Of a stretch of 64,000 nucleotides of DNA, positions 13,620-26,560 are shown in pieces. Every line of letters starts with the position of its first letter. The first letter of the stretch is position 1. The notes below the pieces were generated by a model. The model was given only the letters and a program-made list of their open reading frames with translations. It ran no database searches and was not told the DNA's origin. The DNA is from Catajapyx aquilonaris (Eukaryota), in NCBI GenBank assembly GCA_000934665.2, contig KZ538278.1, positions 1 to 64,000 on the forward strand, given 5' to 3'. The position numbers and the translations under genes are program-made.

Positions 13620-14480
13620 GCTTCAAAGGAATGTTCGTAGAGAGGAGGACATACCACCCCCCCCCCCAAAAAAAAAAAAAATGCGCGTCCACTGCATGGT
13701 TTCATTCCGTACTAACTTCGGTGTTTGAGTGCTGTAAACAAGCAAATGGGATTGGAACAGTTGGATTTCAAGCAAATAAGTAAATTGGATAGGGTCAACT
13801 AGTTCAGAAAATTTGTGCTTCCATTTTATCTCCCCAACCAACAAAGACGCGATTATTTCAACGTTGAACTCTACCCAAAGTCGGATGTATTTTATTATTC
13901 TGATCAATGAGCCAGAATGGTGGAGTGCATTTGAAAGCCTCAGCGAGGCAAAGAAATTTTCAGGCAGCACGTCATGTGCTGCCGGAATGGGTAGGCTACA
14001 TTAACCATTTACGTGACTCTAAATGGCATTCCGACATGTCTTCCATTCCCTTAGCACCTTAGCTGAAGACAACGTCTGCAGTTGGAACCTTCTAAGTGCT
14101 CTCTGCAATTTGACACCTGCCAAGCATCCTTTAAATATCGCGTCTAACAAAAAAAAATGAAGTAATTATGAGTCGGCTTACTTCGTTCTTTTGGTCGAAC
14201 CTATAGTTGATCAGGGGTCGTGATTTGCATGGCCAACTATCGGAATCAATGTCAGAAGACAAGCTAAGAGTAATGTAGCGTAACGCTAACACCCCCAATC
14301 CCTTTTTGTCACCGTTCCGCACCAGCAGCTGCCAGACCCAAACTGTTTGACTGCCCTCTATTCTGTTGTGCTTACATAAATGAAGCGTTTGTGATCCTTT
14401 TATTTCGCTGGCTGGGTTCAATCCAATCTAATGTAGGATCTAGGAGGACTGTCCCTGAAGAAATCAATTGCTCCTTTACT
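13620..14480 (-). mobile_element. LINE post-RT relic fragments
   Basis: VEFNVE...ELVDPIQFTYL (like LxINxxKT...ExVxxFKYLG) and LDPTLDWIEP (like LDxxLxWxxH). Their order suggests more than one element. Confidence 0.4.
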
Positions 14481-14495
14481 GGAGTCATAATTATA

Positions 14496-15228
14496 CAGGG
14501 TGTCCCTAAATGATTGTCAACTTTTGAAAGTTGCTTAATTTCTATTAGATGGGGTGTGCAAAGACAAGACATACATAGAACGAAAGACCACATTTGGGAG
14601 TTTTCATTGCACACAGAAAAGTTGGTTCCGCACTTTGCCGCGAGGCACACAGGCCCACTCCACAAAATGGTGTCTCCCGAACAGAAAACCTTCCGTGTCC
14701 TGCAGTTTGCAAAGCTTGGTTCGGTAGTTACTGTTCAGCAGGCCTTCCGGCGACAGTACGGACGACGTTACACCCCTCCCTACAATAATTCAACGGTGGT
14801 TCCAGAAGTTTCAGACGACGGGATGCCTTTGCAAGGGCAAGGATCGGCGGATCGGACATGCCGGTCAGCAAGATCTGGTTTTTCTCCAGTGGCCGCCAAG
14901 GTCTCCCGACCTCACCCCATGTGACTTTTTCCTCTGGGGGTATATGTAAAGGGCCAGGTCTTCATACCACGGCTACCTACCAGCCTGTGTGAGTTGAAAT
15001 GCAGGATTGTTGCTGCTGTGGAATCAATCACACCAGACATGCTGGCCTGTGTAGAGAATTGGACTATCATGTCGTGTGACGAAAGGTGCTCATATTGAGC
15101 ACTTGTAGTGTGTGCAATAAAAACTCCCAAATGTGCTCTTTCGTTCTATGTCTGTCTTGTCATTGCACACCGCAACTAATAGAAATTAAACAACTTTCAA
15201 ATGTTGACAATCATTTAGGGACACCCTG
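14496..15228 (+). mobile_element. Internally deleted Tc1/mariner-superfamily DNA transposon with long TIRs
   Basis: TIRs of about 120 bp (CAGGGTGTCCCTAAATGATTGTCAAC...), TA TSD, transposase N-terminus MVSPEQKTFRVLQFAKLGSVVTVQQAFRRQY from 14667 joined to the C-terminal motif WPPRSPDLTPCDFFLWG at 14890. Most of the catalytic domain is deleted. Confidence 0.95.
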
Positions 15229-15289
15229 TATATATTCCGCTCGACGTACTGTGTGTATCTACCTGTGCAAATAGGACTTGCATGGAAAG

Positions 15290-15800
15290 TCTAACAATCA
15301 GCCGAGTAGTTCAAATCCTTCAGTTTGTTCTGTATATTATCGAATGTGAGAGGAGCAGCAATATCGTACAACAATGCGGTTATCGACATATGAGATGCAT
15401 TTTGTTGAAATATTGAGTTAAATAATGAGGCTGTGATTTGTTTAGAAGTTTTTTTTCTAGTTTTAAAATAGGATGCCGATCCTATAGCTGGTTGCAAATA
15501 AAAGCTTTCACCTTGACACCAATCGATGAGTGCTTGGCGAAAACCTGAGAGAGGATAAGCGCAAGGATTTTTTTTAAATCTTGAAAACGCCCCCTTACTT
15601 CCCGTTAACATAAATTAAGCCCACAGAGTAGAAAGGGGGATGCCAGGTTTTGGAAGCAGTTACATAAACATTCACAGCAGGAAGTAATTCAATGGGGTTC
15701 TGGCAAAGAGATTAAACGTTCTAGCCACAAAACCCTCGATTATACTCCTCTTTGAATAATAACTTGAGGAAATTGAGTTGAACTGATATTTGAATACCAG
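15290..15800 (-). mobile_element. Ancient LINE RT relic
   Basis: FKTRKKTSKQITASLFNSIFQQNASHMSITALLYDIAAPLTFDNIQNKLKDL aligns by eye with FGFRKxxSTxxAxxxLxxxI...VxALFLDLSKAFDxVDHxILLxKL. Confidence 0.6.
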
Positions 15801-16436
15801 TTCTGCGCTCCAGCAACCGTAACAATGAATGTCCAGGTTCCACCATCAGGTCTAATCAGACTTCAACGAGATTAGCCTGCAATTTTTTAAAAATAGGAAC
15901 GATCTCGTTGCTCAAGAGTGAAGCAAGCATGTTCAACCAATCCTTCGTTTGATAAGACCCTTTTTGGTATTATAGAGCTTTAGAAATTTTCAAAGGAGTT
16001 TTAACATTCAATGACAGGATATACAGTATATATCGTAACCGATCGTATCTTCCGCGGAAAACAAAATTGCCAATAAGAATTGGGTCACAGAAAAAGAGAC
16101 CATGATTGAAATACAAATGAAAAGGTGAATTTATATTTACTTCAATGTAAATCTCAGATGATCCTTTTTGAGTAGTGTGTAGTAGGTGGTGTTGAGTGAT
16201 GTTGGAGGGGTCACAGCGAGCGAGGCCACTTCTCTACCAACGATTATTGAGCGTATGACTCTCACATATATGGCCCTCATAAACTTCCGGTTCGGTTAAT
16301 GGATCTGCTTTCCGAAAGATAAGATAATGGTTATCAACACCATGAAATCATGAAAGTCCAATCAGGCCGAGAAAGAGAAACGAGGAACAAGGATCAAAGT
16401 CCACCAGAAGTGTTGAAAAAATGGCGATGTGGATGC

Positions 16437-16835
16437 TTTTTTACCCTATTGGAGGAAACGGAGCTCTTTTAGGGGGGTGGATTACCACCATTTTTTCTTA
16501 CGAATTTTCTTTCGCATTTTTCTCTCCTGTGCAGGGATCAGGATAGGGATTTGTAAGGAGGGGACACTGGTGCAAGTGCGTTGTCTTTATGTTGGGGGTC
16601 GTGTGCAGTCCCCCAGGGGGTCAGGTTACAAGACAACCCCCTAGGTGCGGGTCAGAAAGGGCACCGACACCGCACTCCCCATGGATGGGTCAAGGATGGG
16701 AAAGGAAGGGGGCGGCTGTGGCCTATTATTTACGGAAGCGACCCCGGAATTTTCCTGGGAGGACCGTGGGAAACCACAGAAAACCACGGTCAGGATCGCC
16801 GGCCCCGGGACTCGAACCCAGGACCTCCCGATAAC
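16437..16835 (-). mobile_element. tRNA-derived SINE, family A, copy 1 (5' end eroded)
   Basis: B-box GGTTCGAGTCC on the minus strand near 16809-16819, body collinear with the copy at 58562-58964, short A tail at 16437-16442. Confidence 0.9.
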
Positions 16836-17099
16836 ACCAACCTTGGCACATATTTTCAAATGGTAAAGTCAGTTTCCTATTAGAGTCCTCAACTTCAGAT
16901 AAATTAATAAAGATAGGCGGGATAAGTTAGTCTTTAAACTTTAAATTGTCGTGTCTCAATCAATAGACTGCGACTCTGATCGTCCTGAATTTCAGATTTT
17001 CTATAGCTTTCGAGGCATTACATTTGATCACGTCAACCTTCCATCTGTATGCAGACTGTAGCATGGCTTGTGTATAATACACTGCACACTAACTCGACT

Positions 17100-17400
17100 T
17101 GCTGAATACAGTAGGTCTGATCTATACTGTGCTCTTGAACCATAGCAGTCTGTTGACAGCTCCTCTTCTAATGCATGCTAGAAAGCTCTTCTCTCGTGCC
17201 ACGTCCTTCGAGTTATCTGAAATGCTCTTCATCGTCTCTACACGATTATTTGCCCCCTCTCTGCTATGCCCAGGCAGTCATTTCATCTGCATCCTGGCCA
17301 TCAAGAGCCGCTAATTTCCGCAAAGCCATTTTTACCCTCGAGTATGAAATCATTCTCTCCTGGTTGGGTCTAACAAAATTAAACTCACGCCTCACCAAAG
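17100..17400 (-). mobile_element. RTE-like LINE C-terminal relic
   Basis: SDNSKDVAREKSFLACIRRGAVNRLLWF resembles NxEVxxRxGExRSLLxxIRxRxLxWxGH. Confidence 0.4.
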
Positions 17401-17869
17401 TCCATCAACACTAAAAATGATCCTAAACAACAGCCAACTGTAATATTTGACAATAGTTTCAAAGTTGTGCATTTTCATTGAATGACATTTCAGGAGATTA
17501 GGGTAATACTATTTTGCAGTGTCCTTAAAATGTCAGTTGCAGACTAATAACTGAGTATTGTCTAAAATATATTCTTACCAGGAACCAATTGACAATAATT
17601 CTATACATTTCTTTTAAAAGTCAGTTCTATGGCGATCATGTCTGAATAAACCCAACTTTTATTACTTGGAACAGTACTTTCATTCATATACGAATATTAC
17701 AAAGCAAGAATTGGCAGTTCTGGCGCAATTTGTTCTAATTTAAAACGCAATCTTCTGGCCACATTGCACATTCTGGAGATTTTAATTGTTCAGGTCCGAC
17801 CCACGTCCTAAAACGCAGAAAAATGTGAGTATTCACAGATGATGCAGCTAATGAGTTCGTGGATTAAAA

Positions 17870-20500
17870 CTGCTTACCATATAGGTCCAGAAATTGCGCA
17901 GTTTCAAAGGGAAGAATGCCGACAATGAGGCCAATGCAGGATGAAAATTGCACATCTACCATAGCTTTTGAAAATTAACAATGGCAATTAGATCCATGCT
18001 TTGGTATTTCCCTCGAATTTGAACTCAGCCGCTTATCCTAATCGCAGCAGCAAAGCTATACAATGCACCATTGTTTGACTCATCCCAAATTCATAACTCA
18101 TCTTCAACTACTAGTTTTTACACGAACCTCTAGCCCACATTGTCACCCTACCGTCCAGTGTGGCCATCTTTTTTTTTCTCCAGGTAATTCAGAAGTGATT
18201 AAAAACTTGCCCATTTAACCAATCTGGGAGCAACACCCTGCCCTCTGAACCAATCCAATTAACAGCTACCTTCATCATTACTTCCTGTGCCTCGAGTTGA
18301 AAATTGCCGAGTGTCGGGGAATCGAAAATGAAAGGCCGTGACGCCGCTCTCCGCTTCGGAATCTCAACTAGGGGATGTCCGTACTATACAGACAGGGAGT
18401 TGGGGGGGGGGGGGGTCGCCGAATAAATTGGCTCCGCTTGTGTGTATATCTCTTTCCCAACGGGCCGGTGTGGAGTTTCATGTCCCTGGATTCCCCTTGT
18501 GTCATGTGCGATATGTGACCTGACTCTGGGGAGAAATGGCCAGTTCGTATCCTGGACCAAAGTGGTCTGGTTGGAATCGTTTTTCCAACTTTGCAGCCAC
18601 TTTCTTACTATATACTTGCTTGATAATCACACCCTTTTTGGTGTTTACTAACATGGGAGAAGCAGGGTTTGAAATATGAACACCGTTGTTCGTTTGGCCA
18701 TTTGGCCTTAAATTAAGGCAAGTAGGTCATCTCTTCTGGAACTGTCCAATGATGGGACCGGATATTGTTCTTCATTAGGTAAAAGTAGGAGGTCGTATGT
18801 GACGCATTTCCAGCTCCAATTTCCCACCGATAGGAAACTGAGAAGATGAGGGTCGAGATGGAAAACCTGGAGTTTCTGATATGGAATCAGGCAAGTATTG
18901 TGTGAGTGGAATGGTTCGGACTCCCGAAATACATGACTTGCAATTCTGAAAAGGTCGCCAACTCCCACCGCAATAATACGGATCAATACCTTGATATTTC
19001 ATAAAATGGCTTTACAGCCAACCAGGGCACCATATATATACGGTTCAGATGGGTCGACACTTGGGCTCCTGTTGTAACTGCAGGACTCACTATCCCATAA
19101 CACAACAGGTGGGATGGAAAGGTCACGCTTTATAGTCGAGTGTATATAGCACAGCAAAGTCTCAAGCCAAGTTTTAGGTAGGTATATCGGGCACGCAACT
19201 TTCGGAGCTGAGTTTGCAAATGATTGCTGCATTTCTCCATAATATGACACCTTCCAGGCAATATGAAGGGAAACTTTTAGAGCTGGGATAAGTTTTGTCA
19301 TTAATAACAAAAAGCTTATCTGGTAGCGATTGGGCTAGTTCCTTTGTCTTCTTTCGAGCAGCCCGGCGCTCATTACGCTTACCTTTCCGCCGTTCAATTA
19401 TCGTCCCTTCAATCTCCCCCGCTAATGGCTCTATTAAAGTTCCATCACGGTATTTTACATTCATACTATAATTCTGCAGAAAATTGCTCCGAAATATCTC
19501 TGCCGCTGTAAACACTATCTTCATCACATATTATACCTCCACCGTCAAAACTTGCTACTCGCCCAAAAAGCCATTTCCAAATCAAACTGGAAGGAGGACA
19601 AAGGATTGACTAGAAAAGGCACCCAGAAGCTTTTGTAAGTTCAGACTTCTCGGCAGAAAGAAAACTTACAAGTTGGCGCTCGTCGAAGCGCGCAACATGT
19701 AATACAACTTGATAAAAAGCGGAAGATGGTAGTAGCAATCTAACATCAATTCTGCATACTATAAAAGAATTCCAATTTCCATCATGGCTGCAGCATACAT
19801 TTTTCAATTGCTGCCCAAATTGACTAACTTAGTTCGAACTTAACTCATTGCAACGCTGCCGGAGAAATGTTAATGGGCCTTTTCTCCCTCGACAAACGCA
19901 ACAGGTTGTATGCCTGCATGTAATAAGGAGGCGGCGAATAAGATTATGAAATCTAGGCAATCCTCCCACGCAGATACCGCCATGCCGAAGGGAATTAATG
20001 CCAGGCTGCAGGCCATCTTGGGATTAAGTTAAGAAAGGAGACGAAGGGAAAGGGTGTTGAGGAGAGCTTCTTATGAAAGGCTAGGAATGAGCTTAGCGAT
20101 CATTTGATTAGGCTACCATTTTCGAACCATACAGCCGGTCTTACTGCGCCTGCAAAAGACAATGCACTCCGTGATGATGCACCACTTCAAAATCCGGACC
20201 ATTTGCATGGACAGTGGGCTTTCAAAATACAAACGGTAATGAATGATCCTACTTCTCATTCCCTCCATCCAGTGCCGACCAGCTACCCGTCGTGAAATAT
20301 GCAAAGCGTAGGTGTCAGCAGGCTTCAACGTGAAAATGCGCTGGGATTTCCTCCCTAACTTGTACCGTGTGCGCCGAGACTTGCCCATAATTACTAGCTT
20401 ACAGCTGCATTCCCGATCTTTCTGATATGTATATTTCATGCACCGCACTGTATGTGCCATCCGGCCCATAGTCAGTTCTTCACAAGCGCAAACACAGCAG
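17870..20500 (-). mobile_element. Long ancient LINE ORF2 relic (endonuclease and RT)
   Basis: LVIMGKSRR (like IIMGDFN) near 20390, GEIEGTIIERRKGK (like EIxxAIxxLKxGK) near 19400 and SLHIAWKV...ACPIYLPKTWLETL (like FPxAWK...YRPISLLxxxxKxLE) near 19170-19280, collinear over about 2.6 kb. Confidence 0.6.
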
Positions 20501-22113
20501 CCAGAGAGTCAAAACCCACATGCTTTTTATCCGACAACGATGAACGTTATACTCTAAACAAAACTTCAAAAGGGGTGACAATTCATGGGCTTCCGTTTGT
20601 TCAGAGGTGATACAGTGTATGCAGAACTGACTAAAAGTGTCTTTTAATTAGAGGTGATAAGGAGCTAAAGACAAGAGCAGAGCTCGTTAGAATTCGAGGA
20701 AAGCTGCAGATATGTGCCCACGTGCTGCAGCAATCTCATTATGTGCTGCAAGAACTCTTACAAGTGGGAAAAGAGGGATGGATAACTCTAATTAAAAGTC
20801 AAGTGAAATTCATTTCAACGCTTACGGTTATAAGTATAGGCCTATCAGTTTCGTTGCAAGCAGACATTTTCTGCACGCACGACAATGGGCTATAGTTAGC
20901 AACGTATACGTGAGTATGTGAATCCAATTTTAACGCTTTATAGCGACAATCCATGAGATATGGAGCAGCTGCTCATTTGCAATACATTACCAGCCAGCAA
21001 AAAAAAACAGTGTACTATAAATCTACAGCTATGAATATTTCACGCATGGATACTGTATGTACCAGTACCCGCCAGTAACACTATAGGCATTTGCCTCCAA
21101 TAGTATTAGCATTATTCTTAACAAACGCATTTCACGAGATATGTCACATTGTGTGGAAACAATGGTTACATACTGACAAGGGCTGTATTGTTCTTCCGAA
21201 AGTGAAAGGCAACGTACGGGACTTTTGTGTGGGGAAAAAAATCTTTACTATAACTTTTGTGAAAGACGTGTTCCTTCTCTCCCGTACTCCAGCAGGGGGT
21301 AAAAATCCAACCTACGTGCATGAAATACGATGCTAACCTGTTACGTGTTTAGCATTCCATTTTTTTCAGCTCGCTACGCTTTCCTAAAATATTGCCCCTA
21401 AGGATTCCACATCATTTTACGTCAAAACCAAAGCTACGTTATGTGCTTTTCCTTCTGGCAATGCTTTTTCTTACATCTAATCATTTCCTTATGCTGTACG
21501 CTTTAATTAACGTTCAATGCCCTGAAGACTGTATATCTTGATTTAAGAGAAGAGGATCGCATATTAAAGATATTAAAGAATCTTCTCGTATATCATGAAT
21601 ATTAGTTCAAGTTTCTCAGTATGAAATAATAATAGTTAACGACGCTGTTTAAAAGCATTAATGGACACGTACGTCATTCACATTGTGAAAATAAAGTGAA
21701 AGTAGAAAAATTTGGTTTCCCTTTCAATAATAACTTTTCCATGTTTGCATATGTTTAGCTTTGTATAAAGTAACTGTAACTACCATAACACAAGCACTGA
21801 TATGCAGTTACAGGAAGATGAATATTTTACTGATCTATTTAAAACAATAAAACACCCCTCTCTTGTTTTATTACGTATACTGTACGATAAGTGGCGTGAA
21901 GCTATAAACACAAAGGTAGAATTTCAAACACTTATAACGAACTACTGTAGTTGTACATCAAAAAATCCGCACCAGTATGGTGTAAGTGCTGTACAGCAAA
22001 TAGAACAACGCTTCAATTAATATATCATACTTCTGGTTTAACTAAACGTGAAATAATCATGCAGGCTCAAAGCAAGTTCAATTATATATGAGTTCCAATA
22101 AGTTTTTGAAATA

Positions 22114-22521
22114 CAGGATGATTCAGAACGAGTGGGCAGAAGCCAGAGCAACTTTGGCTATCAAACTGAAGAACTCCAAGTGAAACTGTTGCCAGAGGAC
22201 TATGGTTGGGCCAATGTCTAAAATGTATGTGTGAGAAATGTGGAGACACCAACGGGTAACGGCGTACTCTCTAAAAAAATAAGAGTTAAAAAAAACTCAA
22301 TAAGAGTTAAATTAACTCTTATTTTTTTAGAGAGTAGACGACAATTAACTTTTAGTTACCCCTTTGGCTACATAATTGAACTTTATCTTGGAACGCCTGC
22401 TGCACATATATGCGCCCCCGAGTGTAGCTCGTGCCATGTGTTTGGTCTGTTTTCGACATTTCTTGTTTTGAGCCAACGAGTATCCTGGCCTGAGATTGAA
22501 TTGGAGTTATGACTCACCCTG
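22114..22521. mobile_element. Degenerate Tc1/mariner-type MITE
   Basis: Left end TA|CAGGATGATTCAGAA versus right end (reverse complement) TA|CAGGGTGAGTCATAA. The match is short and imperfect. Confidence 0.45.
22267..22334. mobile_element. 68-bp foldback mini-MITE
   Basis: CTCTCTAAAAAAATAAGAGTTAA ... TTAACTCTTATTTTTTTAGAGAG perfect 23-bp TIR, TA on both sides. Confidence 0.8.
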
Positions 22522-22899
22522 TATACAGCAAGACAAAATAACACAATGCCGATTTTGATCTTGGTAGTTGTGACTTGTTAGTTCTGTTGAGTGTAGGATT
22601 ACACAATCTAAAACCAAATTATTCCCTTTTATGCCAACCACTACATTGAGACGTAAAAAGTAATTTTTCAAAAGGATCCAATATAAATCAAAATTCAAAA
22701 AATAAATTGCCGTTTTTCTGATACTTCCTCAGTAATTTACTATTTGGGAGCTCTACAAGAGTAGAACTACACTACAATATAGTATCGATAAAAAATATGT
22801 CAATAAGCCCTACTGCATTCTTCACAAAGGTGTTGATAGTAATTTACCCTTACAGTACGGCACGTACAGTATACTTTCAAACTAATGTGGGTCTCGACA

Positions 22900-23650
22900 C
22901 TATCGGTCTCCGTGCAGGCAACTGTAGTCATCATTTAGTGGGCGCCCCCCACGTTCTCTACACCTGTTACCAGGAAAGTGTAACTTACTACACTTTGGTC
23001 GACTTCCAGATGGTTTTGTCTCAACTTACGTCTAGTTGCGCTATCCTTCTCCACCGCCCCTATAGATAGCCTGTTGTTCGGGTACATAATCATGGTTTTC
23101 TTATGAAGGTTAACAATAAGAGTCACTGAAATGACCCTGATAATAGTCACGGCAATAAGTTGTTTTGTAATTACACCACAATAAGGACCCTCCGTGTTAT
23201 AGTCTAGGGCCATGACGAGATAAATTATTGTACACTAGCCCTCATAATGAATACCAGAGACCAGGAATCTGAAGAGGGTAGCCTGTACCTAAACTATAAT
23301 TAAGCGTGTTCCACTAATAATGTAAAGTGCAGGTATAGCATTACTTCAAATGATGATTCGGAACATAACTGTATACTCTCCTACAATGGTCCTCGTACAA
23401 GGTTATATTATAATTCCGGGCACTTTTTGACAGCGGGAAGTATTTGCGTTAATAATACTGTAATAACGATCCCCAGTCACATTGAAGTAACTTGGCTTGA
23501 TCACTTTTTATTCCACATTCACTGGGTGCTCATTCAATATAATATCCCATTCCCATTAGACTCACAAGTCAGTTCCATTCACATCAATGCGCCATTCACT
23601 TCCCATTCGATTCGATTGGTTCAATAATTTAATTCGCCAGTTATTAATTA
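22900..23650 (-). mobile_element. Possible RTE-like LINE C-terminal relic
   Basis: Weak similarity to the RTE 3' coding region (LGIVI, then a G/R-rich segment). Many stops. Confidence 0.3.
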
Positions 23651-25077
23651 ATTCGGAAATAAACCCTACTCGGGATGCAAGAGTCTATCACTGATCCGCA
23701 CATCAGTGCGAATGGTAGCCATATACATGATGTTATCATACCGTATATTTTATAATAATTATGTATACATATACGTTTTCATAGGCACTGCCGATCATGT
23801 TACACATCCGTTGCGGAATACTGTTAGATTATAGGCTCATCTACTTGTGGTCCTACATCTACCCTTCCGCCCCACATCCCGAGAAAGTTTCTTTTACAGG
23901 ATATTAAAGGCCCATGTTCGCTGGCACAAAATGCGGCCGGGAAGATAAAAATTGTGTAGAAGCCTCATGGGGCATAATTTTTCATTTTCCAGGAATTCAA
24001 ATGGGCAAAGTAAAGGTACATCAAAATAGTAGACTATTATTAAAATTAATGTATTGGAGGACAAAACAAAAATAAAGCATTCAAAATCATAAGGTAAGCT
24101 TATTATTATTATTGTACGGAATCGTTTCTAATTCACTTTGTCATATAATTACGAGAAGTTACAGTATTAAACAATAATGCACATAGATAAAGCGAGGTCA
24201 AACTGATACAGAAAATATTCAGAAATATCCGGCTGGTTCCTGGAGGCTCCATAGATTAGAACAAGACCTGACAGAAATTTCTCTCTCCAAAATATCCTTT
24301 GGCACAAAAATGGACCCACCTTCCGTTTCATTATAAATGTAAAAATAACCTGACGGAAACAAACCTTCGGCAATATGAGAACGAGGCCCACTTAATTACG
24401 ACCAGCCACACCCTTTAGGCGCCACAACCTCCATTGTTTTCACATGCTTTTATATGCTGAACCATAATGAATATTTTATATTATGAGTATGTTGACAGCA
24501 GACTCACACATATCAGACGGGAGTGCGAGAGGTAGCCAGGGGTTATTGGAGATACATGGTGAAAGGTGCAAAAATGCAAGAGTGAGTCAAATGAAAAGTG
24601 GCCAGTTATAGACCATACAATCCCGTAGTTGCAAACAATCGCAGTATAGGACGCAATACTGGCACGTTCATGCCCCCTCTTCCCAGCCCTAATGTCGAGG
24701 GAAGTTGTATATAGCATTAACATAAATAGTCATCCGATTCCTAGCATCACAGGGAGTGGATATGATTGTGTAATGATGCACAAGAGGAAACCAGGGACCG
24801 CATACGGAGAGGGCTGCGCACGGAATAAAGTGGAGGGAAATATGTCAAGACGAACGTATGTCATGACGAACATGCCAGAGAAATTCTGCGTCGGTTTAAA
24901 TAGTCAGGAAGTCATGGCAGGGGGATAGTTGGAATATGAATGTTCACTTCCATTTAATTTGTGATTTATATGTCCCCTCACTTAATGCCACCCCCTCACA
25001 CCAACCCAAAGGTGATAAGGCATGGCGATAAGATACGCTCAAGGCTCGGAGTTGTCATTTGGCACAACTAAGATAGG

Positions 25078-25096
25078 CATAGGTTGAGAACCGCTG
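25078..25096 (-). mobile_element. Orphan hAT (Charlie/Buster-like) terminus
   Basis: Minus strand reads CAGCGGTTCTCAACCT, a typical hAT TIR. Partner end not located. Confidence 0.5.
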
Positions 25097-26049
25097 CTTT
25101 ATATGTACACGTAGTGCACATGATTTAGGAATTTTTCCTCCTCATCAGCAGACTACACTTTGCCCAAAAACGAAAACAATATTTTGAGTATATTGCAATC
25201 GCATCACAGCATGTCAAGTAGGCATTCTAGTCCTGCAATCCACGCTAACCCCGACCAATGAAAAAGAAAATCCCACCACTGCCCATGATTTAATACCTCA
25301 TGCCATAAAGATGGGAATCATCGAATAACTAAAACGTTTTGGTTCATGTGAATGATAACATGAGAGTTACACAGATGTCATTACCAACGACAAAGGCAGC
25401 TATAAAAGTACTCAAACTACTAGTAACGTATACGTATTAAAATAAAAATTATACTAGTCTGCAAATTCATTAGTTATACACATAAGCCAACTGAGTTTTT
25501 TGCGAGGCACTGGGGCACTTTAATTTCGGGTTTTGAATTAATTACCAGCAATCCCGAGTAAAATATATCAAGAATTCCTGCGGACGATGTTGGCAGCGAC
25601 TACTGATGTTTTTTTAAAAAAATTGCAATTTAAAATGATCCCAAATGAAAATGCACAATTTCATAATTTGATATCCGCTCTGTATAACATTAGCATGTTC
25701 TCTGCAAATCTGATAGGTCAGCGTATTTAATTAATTACTGAAAAGTTTTTAATGAGGTTCCCTCGTCATAGTAGAGTCTATAGCCGTGGGTAGCCGCCCA
25801 CTAGCGAGACACAAACGCTCAACTCCATGTCACTTCTTTTATACCCAGCTTTTTATACCTCTTTCTAGTACCCTCTGCCTGTGAATATAGCCATTCAGAC
25901 CTCTCAAATGGAACACCTGATCATCACCAACAAAATAAATAAATAAAAATCCATTGCAATTCAATCCGAGTATACTGTACTGTTTATCCATGACCATCCA
26001 CGTGCAAATCAATAGACAATGCGTCTTTTCTCACCAAATCCATCAGGCA

Positions 26050-26560
26050 TCAAAAGCGATCGAGCATACATCTCAACGTCCCTCTTACACGTGCCCTCCT
26101 CGACCCTAACCTTGAGCCATGCAAGTGCATTATCCGGCCATGATGAGTGGCCAGAAGCAATAAAAAAAAAATATCGGAAGTTGATCCTGGGCTGAAAAAG
26201 GGGTGCTCGTGAATAACAGGCCAGGCTGAGAGGAAGAAGGAAATGTTCCCATCCCTGACGCCTTCCACTTGTCTATTTGCAGCTGAAGCTCCAAGTGAGT
26301 TCCCGAGCGCGGCGTAGGAACCTCATCATCTCTGGTCGAGCGTGAATATCGAAGCGGTGGGATTCCTTAGCACTGCAACCTTATTCGCCCAAAACTAACT
26401 CTTCCACGTTCCTCCTTCCGACCGTCAGTGGTTTCAATCTCCACTGCTCATGAATCCTTCCAGGAAGGGAATTGCATTGCCAGTAAAACCCGTTGATCTT
26501 GACTGGCTACTACGTAGAAAGGATGTATAGCATATCTCCAATCAAGATAGATTATTCCCA
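26050..26560 (-). mobile_element. LINE RT relic
   Basis: GRIHEQWR (like GxIPxxWK) followed by HPFFSPGSTSDIFFLL (like QxGFRPGRSTxDxIFxL). Confidence 0.4.

Noticed and set aside
14063..14090. Hammerhead-like CTGAAGA with stem CAAC/GTTG
   Set aside because: It is followed by GAAC rather than GAAA and I see no convincing stems I and III.
16030..16850. Possible solo LTR interrupted by the SINE
   Set aside because: TATA-like and polyA-like motifs are present, but there is no clean TG...CA boundary with a TSD and no second copy.
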